Source: Dehalococcoidia bacterium
GTDB taxonomy: Bacteria > Chloroflexota > Dehalococcoidia > Lucifugimonadales > QGNO01
Assembly (NCBI GenBank): GCA_034422935.1
Contig: DAOUJH010000010.1
Location: forward strand, 118,820-182,819
Length of the DNA: 64,000 nt
Reading direction: 5' to 3'
The notes beneath the pieces were generated by a model. It was not told where the DNA came from and did not search any database. It worked only from the letters and a program-made list of their open reading frames with translations. Below, in pieces: positions 1-8,873 of the stretch; the first letter of the stretch is position 1, and every line of letters begins with the position of its first letter. Both the position numbers and the translations under genes were made by a program.

Positions 1-177
1 GAGCTTGCCAAACCGGGGGCTCTCTTCATGCATCCACTGCCGGCGCACCACGGAGAAGAGGTCTGCAACGGTATGCTGGAGCATCCCGCATCAGTGGTGT
101 TCAATCAAGCGGAAAACCGGCTGCACACTCAAAAAGCGGTGCTTGAAAAGATATTGGAAGGACCGGGTGGGCGGTAA
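1..177 (+). CDS. argF: 3' end of ornithine carbamoyltransferase (partial, runs off window start)
   Basis: Frame 1 from base 1 reads [21 protein letters not shown]...[18 protein letters not shown], then TAA at 175-177; typical OTCase C-terminus. Not in the ORF track. Confidence 0.85.
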   Translation, partial: ELAKPGALFMHPLPAHHGEEVCNGMLEHPASVVFNQAENRLHTQKAVLEKILEGPGGR

Positions 178-195
178 GTCCGGCTTACCGGCTTT

Positions 196-1521
196 GTGAT
201 GAGCAAACCTGTAATAGTCATAGTGGGACGCCCTAACGTTGGGAAGTCCACTTTGTTCAACCGTTTCGTAGGGCGCAGGGTCGCCGTAATCGCGGAGGAA
301 CCGGGCACTACCAGGGACCGCATCTCTCTCGACGCCATGTGGGAAGGGCGCCGTTTCATCGTAGTCGATACGGGCGGCTTGGAACACGGCACGACAGCCC
401 CTCTATCGGAAGAGATCGAAGAGCAGGTAGAAGCAGCGATAGAGTCCGCGGACGCAATCATCTTCCTCACCGACGTACAGGACGGCGTAACCCCCTTGGA
501 CCTGGAAATAGGAGGGCGTCTGCGGAGGTGGGAGAAGCCCGTATTCCTGGCAGTCAACAAGGTGGACAACCCCAAGCTGGCCCAGGGCACGGCGGAGTTC
601 TATGAGCTGAGCCTGGGAGACCCCATTGCGATAAGCGCCCACCACAACATTGGCATGGATAACCTGATGGACGCGGTGATGGAGCAGTTCCCCTCTGCCA
701 ACAACGAGCAGTCAGAAGAGGAAGAAACGCTTCCGCTGGCCATAGTAGGCCGGGTAAACGTGGGCAAATCCTCGTTGCTCAACGCCATCTTGGGCGAGGA
801 GCGGGCTATAGTCAGCGACGTGCCCGGAACCACCCGCGATTCAATAGACACCTCTCTGCAGTACAAGGGGCAGCGGTGTCTCATCATAGACACGGCAGGG
901 ATACGGAGACGAGGCAAAGTTGTCCCCGGCATAGAGAAGTTCAGTGTCTTGCGCTCCGTCCGTTCCATAGACAGGGCGGACGTGGTGTTTCTGGTGTTAG
1001 ACGCCTCCGAGCTGGCAACCGCCCAAGACGCCCACATCTTGGGAGAAGTAGCCAGCGCATTCAAGGGAGTGGTGGTGCTTGTAAACAAGTGGGACCTGGC
1101 GGATGAACTGGGGCTGAACGAAGCGGCTTGCATAGCGTTGATACGGGACAGGTTCAGGTTCATTCCATACGCGCCCATAAGGTTTGTTTCCGCCGTGGAA
1201 GAGAGCGGTATAGATGAGGCACTGGATGCAGCATTGATGGTCCTCAACGACTTGAAGAAAGAGGTACCTCAAGACCAGTTGACCAGTGAAGTTATATCAG
1301 CCATGTCACGCCATCTGCCTCCGCACAAGGGAAGGCGCTATCTGAAACTGAACAGGGTGGCGCAGGAGGGCGTCAACCCGCCAACCTTCGCCTTCTACGT
1401 CAACCATCCCGACCTGATGCACTTCTCCTATCAAAGATACCTGGAAAACCGCCTACGAGAAACGTTAGGGTTCCGCTGGTCGCATTTGAAGCTGGAATTC
1501 AAGAACGGCAGGAAGAAGTGA
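196..1521 (+). CDS. der: Ribosome biogenesis GTPase Der (EngA)
   Basis: Two tandem G-domains (GRPNVGKST...DTGG; GRVNVGKSS...DTAG) plus KH-like C-terminus. Confidence 0.97.
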   Translation: MMSKPVIVIVGRPNVGKSTLFNRFVGRRVAVIAEEPGTTRDRISLDAMWEGRRFIVVDTGGLEHGTTAPLSEEIEEQVEAAIESADAIIFLTDVQDGVTPLDLEIGGRLRRWEKPVFLAVNKVDNPKLAQGTAEFYELSLGDPIAISAHHNIGMDNLMDAVMEQFPSANNEQSEEEETLPLAIVGRVNVGKSSLLNAILGEERAIVSDVPGTTRDSIDTSLQYKGQRCLIIDTAGIRRRGKVVPGIEKFSVLRSVRSIDRADVVFLVLDASELATAQDAHILGEVASAFKGVVVLVNKWDLADELGLNEAACIALIRDRFRFIPYAPIRFVSAVEESGIDEALDAALMVLNDLKKEVPQDQLTSEVISAMSRHLPPHKGRRYLKLNRVAQEGVNPPTFAFYVNHPDLMHFSYQRYLENRLRETLGFRWSHLKLEFKNGRKK

Positions 1522-2138
1522 TCGAGTACGCGTTGATTCTACCGGGAGCGTATCTGTTGGGAAGCATATCCTCAGGATTGATAGTGGGGAAGCTTAAACA
1601 GGGCGTTGACATACGCCGTCACGGAAGCGGTTCCACCGGAACAACCAATGTTCTGCGCATACTGGGCGTCCGCATGGCAGCCGTAGTTCTGGTGGCGGAC
1701 ATTTCTAAAGGAATCATTGCGGTCTTGGCGGCAAAGCTTGTAAGCAACGACCCGCTCCTGGAAGCGCTTGCCGCTCTTTTCGCTGTCGCGGGGCACAACT
1801 GGCCGGTCTTCAGCAAGTTCCAGGGCGGGCGAGGAATCACAGCAGCCGTAGGAGCCATCGCTGTGCTGGCTCCAATAGTGGCGGCGCTGGCTCTCGCCGT
1901 CTTTGTCCCCGTTGTCTCCTTAAGCCGGTACGTCTCCTTGGCGTCGATTTCAGCGGTAATAGTGGCGGTTGCGGCAATGCCGGTCATGGTTGCATTGGAC
2001 GAGGCGCCCTGGCAGTATGTAGTTTACACAACGGCGGGCGGCCCTCTGATTATCTGGCGTCATAGGGGAAACATCCAACGCCTGATCAATGGCACTGAAA
2101 ACCGCTTGCAATTCGGCGGTGGCCCTACCGGGGCATGA
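1518..2138 (+). CDS. plsY: Glycerol-3-phosphate acyltransferase PlsY
   Basis: YLLGSI, GSGSTGTTNVLR, GHNWPVF..F.GGRG, RH.GNI.RL motifs; hydrophobic; sits between der and gpsA. Confidence 0.95.
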   Translation: MIEYALILPGAYLLGSISSGLIVGKLKQGVDIRRHGSGSTGTTNVLRILGVRMAAVVLVADISKGIIAVLAAKLVSNDPLLEALAALFAVAGHNWPVFSKFQGGRGITAAVGAIAVLAPIVAALALAVFVPVVSLSRYVSLASISAVIVAVAAMPVMVALDEAPWQYVVYTTAGGPLIIWRHRGNIQRLINGTENRLQFGGGPTGA

Positions 2139-3148
2139 TGACGGAAGACAAGAAAAGAGTGGGAGTGGTCGGCGCCACTAGCTGGGGCACTACACTGGCG
2201 ATTCTCATGGCGTCTCAGGGTCACCGGGTCACGTTGTGGGCCAGGACGCCGGAAGAGGCCGATATTCTCAACAAAGACCGTGAGAACAAGCGTCTGCTGC
2301 CCGGCTTTCTCTTTCCTGAGAAAATGACCGTAACCTGTTCCACGGACGAAGCGTTTCAAACGGCTGAACTGGTCATCATAGCCGTCCCCTCCAAGAGATT
2401 CAGGGCAAACCTTCAGCAGGTACGTAACAGCTTGAATCAATCCGTAGCGATCATCAGCGCCACCAAAGGCCTGGAACTCGGTACGGGGTTCAGAATGAGC
2501 CAGGTAATGGAACAAGAGCTCGCTGAGCCTTTGAGCTCTCGCATCGGCGTACTGTCCGGGCCCAATCTGTCCAAAGAGATCGCAAAGTGCATCCCTTCAT
2601 CAACCGTGGTGGCAGCTAAAGACGCTGAGCTGGCCAGCGCGGCGCAGGCCATGATTATGACGCCGTACTTCCGCGTCTACACCAACACCGACGTGCTGGG
2701 AGTAGAGCTGGGAGGAGCTTTGAAGAACACCATAGCCATTGGATCCGGCATAAGCGACGGGTTGGGGTTGGGAGACAATGCAAAGGCCGCTTTCATCACC
2801 CGCGGACTGGCGGAGATTACCCGGCTGGGAGTGGCGGCTGGAGCCAGTCCATTGACTTTTACAGGTCTAGCAGGCCTGGGCGACCTCATAGCCACCTCGG
2901 CAAGTCCATTGAGCCGCAACAGGTACGTGGGAGAGCATCTGGCCAAGGGACGCAAGCTGAACGATATTCTTGCTACCATGCAGAACGTGGCTGAAGGCGT
3001 GGACACAACGGCTGCGGCAATGAAGATGGCGCAGGAGCTCAATGTTGAAATGCCCATCACAGAGGCGACCCATCGAATACTCTTTGAAGGACTAGACCCC
3101 AGACAGGCAGTCACCGAGCTTCTGGGAAGAGCGCCCCAGCCGGAATGA
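2135..3148 (+). CDS. gpsA: NAD(P)H-dependent glycerol-3-phosphate dehydrogenase
   Basis: GATSWGT Rossmann start; LSGPNLSKE, GGALKN, GLAGLGDL.AT, SRNR, AEGV.T motifs. Confidence 0.96.
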   Translation: MMTEDKKRVGVVGATSWGTTLAILMASQGHRVTLWARTPEEADILNKDRENKRLLPGFLFPEKMTVTCSTDEAFQTAELVIIAVPSKRFRANLQQVRNSLNQSVAIISATKGLELGTGFRMSQVMEQELAEPLSSRIGVLSGPNLSKEIAKCIPSSTVVAAKDAELASAAQAMIMTPYFRVYTNTDVLGVELGGALKNTIAIGSGISDGLGLGDNAKAAFITRGLAEITRLGVAAGASPLTFTGLAGLGDLIATSASPLSRNRYVGEHLAKGRKLNDILATMQNVAEGVDTTAAAMKMAQELNVEMPITEATHRILFEGLDPRQAVTELLGRAPQPE

Positions 3149-3185
3149 GTCTATGTTGAAGTAAGCAAGCCCAACGGACATTGCT

Positions 3186-3833
3186 GTGGCGCTTATACTT
3201 ATAATCTTTGCAAACTCGTTCCTTGTTGGCCTTTCCGGTGCGGTCTCTCCAGGTCCTCTGCTTGCCTTCAACATCAAAGAAACCTTAAGAGTTGGCTTCA
3301 TAGCAGGGCCCCTAGTGGTAGCCGGACATTCCCTGCTGGAGCTGGTTACGGTGGCTGCGCTGGCTTTTGGGCTGGCGCAAGTCTTGGACTCAGACCCCAT
3401 TGTCGCGGCCCTAGGCGTACTGGGCGGAGGCTTCCTTGTATGGATGAGCTGGGGGCTTCTGAGAAATCCGTCCAAAGACGTCCCTTCCCTTTCCGGATGG
3501 AGCGCATCACAATCAAGGGTCGGCCTGAGACCGCTGGTAGGCGGGGCATTGGTTAGCTTGAGCAACCCCTTCTGGGCTCTGTGGTGGCTCACGGTGGGGG
3601 CAGCGCTGATTACGCGTTCACTGGAGGTCGGCCTGGTGGGAATAGCCTCTTTCTACCTGGGGCACATTCTTTCCGATCTGGTCTGGTACGGCTTTGTTTC
3701 GGCAACCGTTACCTCCGGCAAACGTTTCCTGTCCCGAAACGTCTTCCGAGGCATAATCCTGGTCTGCGGCTCCTTCATGGGACTTCTAGGCGTCTACTTT
3801 GTTATCACGGGAATACGCCTATTGGCATGGTAA
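3186..3833 (+). CDS. LysE/RhtB family exporter
   Basis: SPGP motif near N-terminus, NP.W.LWW motif, about 6 hydrophobic segments. Confidence 0.85.
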   Translation: MALILIIFANSFLVGLSGAVSPGPLLAFNIKETLRVGFIAGPLVVAGHSLLELVTVAALAFGLAQVLDSDPIVAALGVLGGGFLVWMSWGLLRNPSKDVPSLSGWSASQSRVGLRPLVGGALVSLSNPFWALWWLTVGAALITRSLEVGLVGIASFYLGHILSDLVWYGFVSATVTSGKRFLSRNVFRGIILVCGSFMGLLGVYFVITGIRLLAW

Positions 3834-4730
3834 GCTCGGCTTTCGCGCCACCACGGTCAACCAGTCGCCATCGGTCAGGGACTGCTCCACAACGAACGAT
3901 TCCCCAAGTGCCGCTTCGACCTCTTCCCAGCGTTCCTCCAGTATGCCCGAAGCTATGAGAAGACCATTCCCACGCAGCGCCCGGGCGATTGATCCGGCAG
4001 AGGAGGCGACCACACCAGCGGTAACATTGGCCAGGGCCAGATCATACTCGCCGCCATGCACAGTGGAGTGAGGCAGCGAGCCGTGTATGAGTCGTACCTG
4101 GCAGATCCCGTTCTGTTCAATATTGGCGCGCGCCACCTGGACAGCTGTCTCATCGGTGTCCAGGCCCACTACGCAACCGGCTCCCAGCTTTATAGCGGCG
4201 ATAGCCAGTATCCCCGAGCCCGTGCCCAGGTCAAGGACGCGCATGCCGGGAATCAAGAGCCTTTCTAGCTGTTCCAGGCACATACGCGTGGTAGGGTGAT
4301 GCCCAGTGCCGAATGCCATGCCGGGGTCAAGTTCAATGATTACGTCGTCCGGCGCGGGCCGGTATGCCTGCCACGTAGGCTTGAGAACCAGTCTTTCCCC
4401 AATGTGTTTGATGGTGAAGCGAGACTTCCAGGCAGTTTCCCATTCATTCTCATCCACTACCCTATCTTCCAGCGAAGCGCCCGGTTCCAGGATGGTGATC
4501 AGGCGAATGCCAACGTCTATCATCTCACGCCGATTGCTCGTAGTTGAGTCCATGGGGAGGCAGGTCATCACTACTACAGAGGTTGGCGGAGCCATTCCGC
4601 CGACGTTGTCCGGGTCCCAGTCGCCCTCTTCCTGGACAACCACCTCCCTTTCCCCGTAGCGCCGGAGAAGCTCGGAGACAGGTTCCACGAACTCAGGCGT
4701 AGTGCGAACGCTCAGCTGCAGCCACTTCAT
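3819..4730 (-). CDS. prmA: Ribosomal protein L11 methyltransferase
   Basis: [16 protein letters not shown] and [13 protein letters not shown] motifs; downstream of dnaJ. Confidence 0.96.
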   Translation of the reverse strand: MKWLQLSVRTTPEFVEPVSELLRRYGEREVVVQEEGDWDPDNVGGMAPPTSVVVMTCLPMDSTTSNRREMIDVGIRLITILEPGASLEDRVVDENEWETAWKSRFTIKHIGERLVLKPTWQAYRPAPDDVIIELDPGMAFGTGHHPTTRMCLEQLERLLIPGMRVLDLGTGSGILAIAAIKLGAGCVVGLDTDETAVQVARANIEQNGICQVRLIHGSLPHSTVHGGEYDLALANVTAGVVASSAGSIARALRGNGLLIASGILEERWEEVEAALGESFVVEQSLTDGDWLTVVARKPSLPCQ

Positions 4731-5875
4731 CTAGAACCGGAGCCGCCTCCAAAGGTGTCCTTGATGCGGTGGAACCAGCCTTTGTCCTCCTCCATAACTT
4801 GGCCTTCGCTCAACTTCTCTGCCAGTTGCTCTAATAGCTTCTTAGCCTCGAGATCCAGCGAGCGCGGCGTGCTGACGTGCACGGTAACAAAGAGGTCGCC
4901 GCGTCCTCTGTCATGGACCTTGGCCACACCCTGGCCTTTGACTCGGAGCACGGTGCCCGTCTGTATACCAGCGGGAATGGCCAGCGGGGTTGTCCCTTCC
5001 AGGGTGGGAATCTCCACCGAGTCTCCCAGAGCCGCCTGGGAAAAGTTGATTGAAATATTGAGAAGTAGATTGGACCCGTCTCGCTGGAAAAGCCGGTGCG
5101 ATTTCACGTTGAGCAATATCAACACATCGCCGGACGGGCCTCCGTGAGACCCTGCGTCGCCCTCCGCCGGTAGCCGCATCTGCGAACCGTCTTCAACCCC
5201 GGCCGGGATTACCACGTCCAGCTCCTGCATGTTTCGCTCCACGCCTTGCGCACGGCACTTCTGGCACGGTTGCGACACAACCTGGCCTTCGCCGCGGCAG
5301 CTGGGGCAGGCCACCACCTGGACGAACTGTCCAAACAGGCTCTGCTGGGAGCGCTTCACCTGGCCGGCTCCGCGGCAAGCGGCGCACGTCTCCATAGATG
5401 TTCCAGGTTCACTGCGGCTCCCCTGACACCGGTCGCAGGCCTCTATGCGCGATACCCTGATCCTCTTTTGCGTGCCCATTGCCGCTTCCTCAAAGGTCAG
5501 GGTCAGGCCAATTTCAAGGTCGCGACCGCGCGTGGGGCGTGCTTTGGTTCGTGCAGCGGCCCCGAAACCGCCAAAGAAAGTATCGAAGATATCACCGAAG
5601 CCGCTAAACGTCTCGAATCCTTCAAAGCCGCGCCCCGCACCGCCGTTGGACGCGACTCCGGCGTGGCCGAACCTATCGTATGCCGAGCGCTTCTCCCTAC
5701 TACTCAGCACTTGGTACGCTTCGTTGACCTCTTTGAACCGCTCTTCGGCGTTGGGCTCCTTGTTCCTATCGGGGTGATACTCCAAGGCAAGCCTACGAAA
5801 CGCCTTCTTGATCTCCTCATCGGAGGCCCCGTTGGAGACGCCCAGCACCTCATAGTAGTCTCTCTTCACTGCCAT
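4727..5875 (-). CDS. dnaJ: Chaperone DnaJ (start set at ATG 5875, MAVKRDYY)
   Basis: J-domain with HPD, G/F-rich region, four CxxC zinc-finger repeats, C-terminal domain. Confidence 0.97.
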   Translation of the reverse strand: MAVKRDYYEVLGVSNGASDEEIKKAFRRLALEYHPDRNKEPNAEERFKEVNEAYQVLSSREKRSAYDRFGHAGVASNGGAGRGFEGFETFSGFGDIFDTFFGGFGAAARTKARPTRGRDLEIGLTLTFEEAAMGTQKRIRVSRIEACDRCQGSRSEPGTSMETCAACRGAGQVKRSQQSLFGQFVQVVACPSCRGEGQVVSQPCQKCRAQGVERNMQELDVVIPAGVEDGSQMRLPAEGDAGSHGGPSGDVLILLNVKSHRLFQRDGSNLLLNISINFSQAALGDSVEIPTLEGTTPLAIPAGIQTGTVLRVKGQGVAKVHDRGRGDLFVTVHVSTPRSLDLEAKKLLEQLAEKLSEGQVMEEDKGWFHRIKDTFGGGSGSR

Positions 5876-5883
5876 AGATATAC

Positions 5884-5912
5884 GATTATACGCTAAACAT
5901 CTACCATAGTCA
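5884..5912 (-). promoter_or_regulatory. Putative sigma70 promoter directly upstream of dnaJ
   Basis: Minus strand CTGACT-N17-TATAAT, then only 9 nt to the dnaJ ATG; no SD sequence. Confidence 0.5.
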
Positions 5913-5972
5913 GGCATCTAGGAGCATCAACCGGGCATCGTCGGCCTTCAGTTTATGGACGATCCAGCACGG

Positions 5973-6986
5973 TTACCTGCCGTGCAAGCTTCCCACCATT
6001 TCTGTCATCAGGTGGGAGAAATAGCGAACGTTGGATATGGCGTCCGGGTACCTCATGCGCGTTGGCCCCAGAATGGCGACGATACCCCCTGTCTCCGAGG
6101 GCGCTCCGTAGCGCGCGTAGACAACGCTGAAGGGGTGAAGCTGATTCATCCTGTGCTCCGTCCCTATGGTCACATTGACGTCGCCAGCGACGGGAGCCTG
6201 TGACAGTACCACTGGCATAAGTTCCCCGTCCTCCACCAACTCAAGCACGTTCCTCGCCGTGGGGCCGGCAGCAAGCTCCGGGTACGCGAACATGTGGCGC
6301 AGCCCGTCTATGAAGTGAACAGGCTCCGAGTCGTAGTCCTGTTTCAGCAGGTCTTCGGCGGCGTCGATCACGTCGGACTCAAACGGGGCTAATCCCCTAT
6401 CTCGTGCCGTCACCTCTTGCTGCGTATTGCCTGAGTAGAGCGCGTTGAGCTTGTTGGCCACGCTGGTGAGTTGGTCCTGGGTCATAGCCTCTTTGAGGGG
6501 CAAGAGCCGCTGGCGCAATCTTGACTCATCCATCACCATTACCAGGAGCGCTAGGAACTCCTGTAGATAGACCAGTTCCAGGTGTCGCCAGCGGGGAGGC
6601 GCCGCCGTGGGGAAACTGATCATAGCCAGTGTGTGGACAAGACCGGCCAGCATACGCACTGCCATCCGCCCCCACGCATCAACTTCCATGTTAGCCTGGC
6701 TGAACCTGCTCTGGATCTCCTCCTGCACTTGCCTGGGCAGGTCCGGTATGTACAGCGACTCCACGTAAGCGCGGTAGGCCTTGTCAGAAGGAACGCCGCC
6801 TGCGGAGGTGTGCGGACGCGTAATATAACCCGCCTTGTCCAGCTCTGCCATCTCGTTACGGATTGTCGCCGAACTGACGGGGCGGTCCATCTCACCGGCC
6901 ACAACGTCGGAGGGCACTGGGGCAGAACTCCGAATGTACCGGTCAACGATAATGCTGAGTATTTGCTTCTGTCGTTCTGTGAGCAT
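5973..6986 (-). CDS. hrcA: Heat-inducible transcription repressor HrcA (start set at ATG 6986)
   Basis: LTERQKQIL..IVDRYI, SSATIRNEMAELDK.GYI..PHTSAG.VPSDKAYR, GPTRM.Y motifs. Confidence 0.96.
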   Translation of the reverse strand: MLTERQKQILSIIVDRYIRSSAPVPSDVVAGEMDRPVSSATIRNEMAELDKAGYITRPHTSAGGVPSDKAYRAYVESLYIPDLPRQVQEEIQSRFSQANMEVDAWGRMAVRMLAGLVHTLAMISFPTAAPPRWRHLELVYLQEFLALLVMVMDESRLRQRLLPLKEAMTQDQLTSVANKLNALYSGNTQQEVTARDRGLAPFESDVIDAAEDLLKQDYDSEPVHFIDGLRHMFAYPELAAGPTARNVLELVEDGELMPVVLSQAPVAGDVNVTIGTEHRMNQLHPFSVVYARYGAPSETGGIVAILGPTRMRYPDAISNVRYFSHLMTEMVGSLHGR

Positions 6987-7006
6987 GTTGCTACCTGTAC
7001 TTGCGT

Positions 7007-7034
7007 CCGGCACTCACAGGCACACAAGTACTAG
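7007..7034 (-). promoter_or_regulatory. Degenerate CIRCE-like operator
   Basis: Minus strand CTAGTACTT-N10-GAGTGCCGG versus consensus TTAGCACTC-N9-GAGTGCTAA; lies just downstream of the -10 box of the hrcA promoter. Spacer is 1 nt too long and arms are imperfect. Confidence 0.3.
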
Positions 7035-7041
7035 CCTTTCG

Positions 7042-7071
7042 AATCTACCAATCGAGACTTGCGGGTGTCAA
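7042..7071 (-). promoter_or_regulatory. sigma70 promoter of hrcA
   Basis: Minus strand TTGACA-N18-TAGATT with a TGn extension. Confidence 0.6.
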
Positions 7072-7174
7072 TATGCGAGCGCCTCTACGTTGGGCAACCT
7101 ATGGCCTCCCAAGATGCCCACACCAGAGATGGTAGGTGTGGGCAATATACTGGCGTCCTCCGAACCAGCTAAAG

Positions 7175-8596
7175 TTACTCGTACCAGCCCGAGGCGAATA
7201 TCAGCCCGTCGTGGAGCACTGCCCAGGTGTGCTTCTGCCGGTCGTCTCCCGTTTCAGGGTTGAGCAACACGTAGTCTACCCATTTCCCAGACTCGGTCGC
7301 CGACAGCAGGTCATCGCCGTAGAAGTATCCCGCGGAGTCTACACGTAGGCTGGGGTCCCTGCCTCTAAACATCGGATTATGGTGGGATATGGTGTAGCCG
7401 TCCTCATCGACAATGAAGACGTACCACTGGCCGTCCACACTCTCCCTGGTGTTGTAGTGGGCAACGGTTGCGTCCAAACCTACGGCGTTGTACAGGTTTA
7501 TCGCCGATTGCACAAACGCCCGGGTGTACGCCGGGTTGTCGGACTTGGCGGGGCCATTTTCGTACCACCCCGACCCAAAGGTCAGACCGTTATACTCCAC
7601 TACCCACGAATGTTTAGCCTCGACTCCACCAGTGGCCGGGTTGGGATATGTGTAGCTGAACCATTCGCCGTCCTCGTCGGCAACAGCAACCAACGCTTCT
7701 CCAGCGGGATAGTTATTCGGCCCGACAGCCACGGAGGCGGGCCGGTCGACCAGGGCAGGATTAGCTGCGTGGGCCAGCATGATGTCGTTCTCATCAAAAA
7801 TGAACGTGTACCACTGCCCGTCAATGCTCTCCTCGGTGTTGTAATGGGCAACGGTCGCGTCCAAACCTACGGCGTTGTACAGGTTTATAGCCGATTGCAC
7901 AAACGCCCGGGTGTATGCCGGGTTGTCGGACTTGGCGGGGCCATTTTCGTACCACCCCGACCCAAAGGTCAGACCGTCATGCTCGACTACCCACGAATGT
8001 TTAGCCTCGACTCCACCAGTGGCCGGGTTGGGGTATGTGTAGCTGAACCATTCGCCGTCCTCGTCGGCAACAGCGACTAACGCTTCTCCAGCGGGATAGT
8101 TATTCGGTCCGACAGCCACGGAGGCGGGTCGGTCGACCAGAGCAGGATTAGCGGCGTGGGCCAGCATGATGTCGTTCTCGTCAAGAATGAACACATACCA
8201 CTGCCCGTCAATGCTCTCCTCGGTGTTGTAGTAGGCTACGGTGGCATCAAGGCCCTCTGAGTTATATCTGCTGATGGCCTCTTTGACGAAGTACTGGGTG
8301 TATTCAGCGGGCTCCCACTTGTTGGGAGCGGCCGCTCCCAACAAACCCTGAAACAGCCCCATGAAAGCGGTAATGGCGTCCTGGTCCATGGAGTCGATGT
8401 CTCCCCCGGGACCGGGAGGTCCTTCAGGGCCCTGTTCTCCGGCAGGTCCTTGCTCCCCAGCAGGCCCCTGTTCCCCAGCAGGCCCCTGAGACCCGGGAGG
8501 CCCTTGTTCTCCGGGAGGCCCGGCATCTCCCTGGCAGGCAACAACCGGCAGAACAAGAACAATGCTCAGGATTGACACCATAAGTACGCGCATCAT
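7175..8596 (-). CDS. Predicted lipoprotein: collagen-like Gly-X-Y stalk plus three tandem single-Cache (sCache_2-like) domains
   Basis: Start set at ATG 8596: MMRVLMVSILSIVLVLPVVA-C21 lipobox-like signal; 15 Gly-X-Y triplets; three ~129-aa repeats of the pattern FV..AI..YN..GLDATVA.YN..ES.DGQWY.FI.DE....H..NP...WF.Y...NP.TG....K..W....GL.F.SGWYE. Confidence 0.75.
   Translation of the reverse strand: MMRVLMVSILSIVLVLPVVACQGDAGPPGEQGPPGSQGPAGEQGPAGEQGPAGEQGPEGPPGPGGDIDSMDQDAITAFMGLFQGLLGAAAPNKWEPAEYTQYFVKEAISRYNSEGLDATVAYYNTEESIDGQWYVFILDENDIMLAHAANPALVDRPASVAVGPNNYPAGEALVAVADEDGEWFSYTYPNPATGGVEAKHSWVVEHDGLTFGSGWYENGPAKSDNPAYTRAFVQSAINLYNAVGLDATVAHYNTEESIDGQWYTFIFDENDIMLAHAANPALVDRPASVAVGPNNYPAGEALVAVADEDGEWFSYTYPNPATGGVEAKHSWVVEYNGLTFGSGWYENGPAKSDNPAYTRAFVQSAINLYNAVGLDATVAHYNTRESVDGQWYVFIVDEDGYTISHHNPMFRGRDPSLRVDSAGYFYGDDLLSATESGKWVDYVLLNPETGDDRQKHTWAVLHDGLIFASGWYE
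7449..8230. repeat. Two-copy 387-bp tandem direct repeat inside the Cache-domain gene
   Basis: The anchor ccactg(c/g)ccgtc recurs at 7424, 7811 and 8198 (period 387 bp); the 7449-7843 and 7836-8230 copies are nearly identical, differing mostly at synonymous sites. Confidence 0.95.
8396..8530 (-). repeat. Collagen-like Gly-X-Y repeat (15 triplets; GPA-GEQ 18-bp unit repeated)
   Basis: GDA GPP GEQ GPP GSQ GPA GEQ GPA GEQ GPA GEQ GPE GPP GPG GDI. Confidence 0.92.
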
Positions 8597-8873
8597 TGTA
8601 GCCCTCCGCTTGCGTCGTAGCTGGGGCCCGCTCAGTGCGGCGGGCTGCCCGTAAATCCAACTATTAAGCATACCAGATAAAGAGAAAGCGCCACTATTAG
8701 CAAGTTGACCACAAGTCTCTCTGCATCTACATGGGAGACCGTGCCTGCCAATGACAGTAGAGCCGAGCGAATCGTGTATAATATTGACCGCTATTCTTGA
8801 GGAGCACACCTCCAATGAGAAAGGCTCTGACATCCAAAACCGTGCTGGAAACCTGTAGGCAGGTCACAGACAT

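Noticed and set aside
5-199. 64-aa ORF in the track
   Set aside because: Wrong frame; frame 1 (1-177) carries the recognisable ArgF C-terminus.
7115-7144. 10-bp hairpin TGCCCACACC/GGTGTGGGCA downstream of the Cache gene
   Set aside because: Could aid termination but has no U tract on either strand; not called.
7379-8080. 233-aa plus-strand ORF with internal repeat
   Set aside because: Antisense shadow of the Cache gene; its repeat only mirrors the 387-bp duplication.
8597-8833. N-terminal 79 aa of the 552-aa track ORF
   Set aside because: Overlaps the divergent promoter region; a signal peptide and lipobox begin at ATG 8596.
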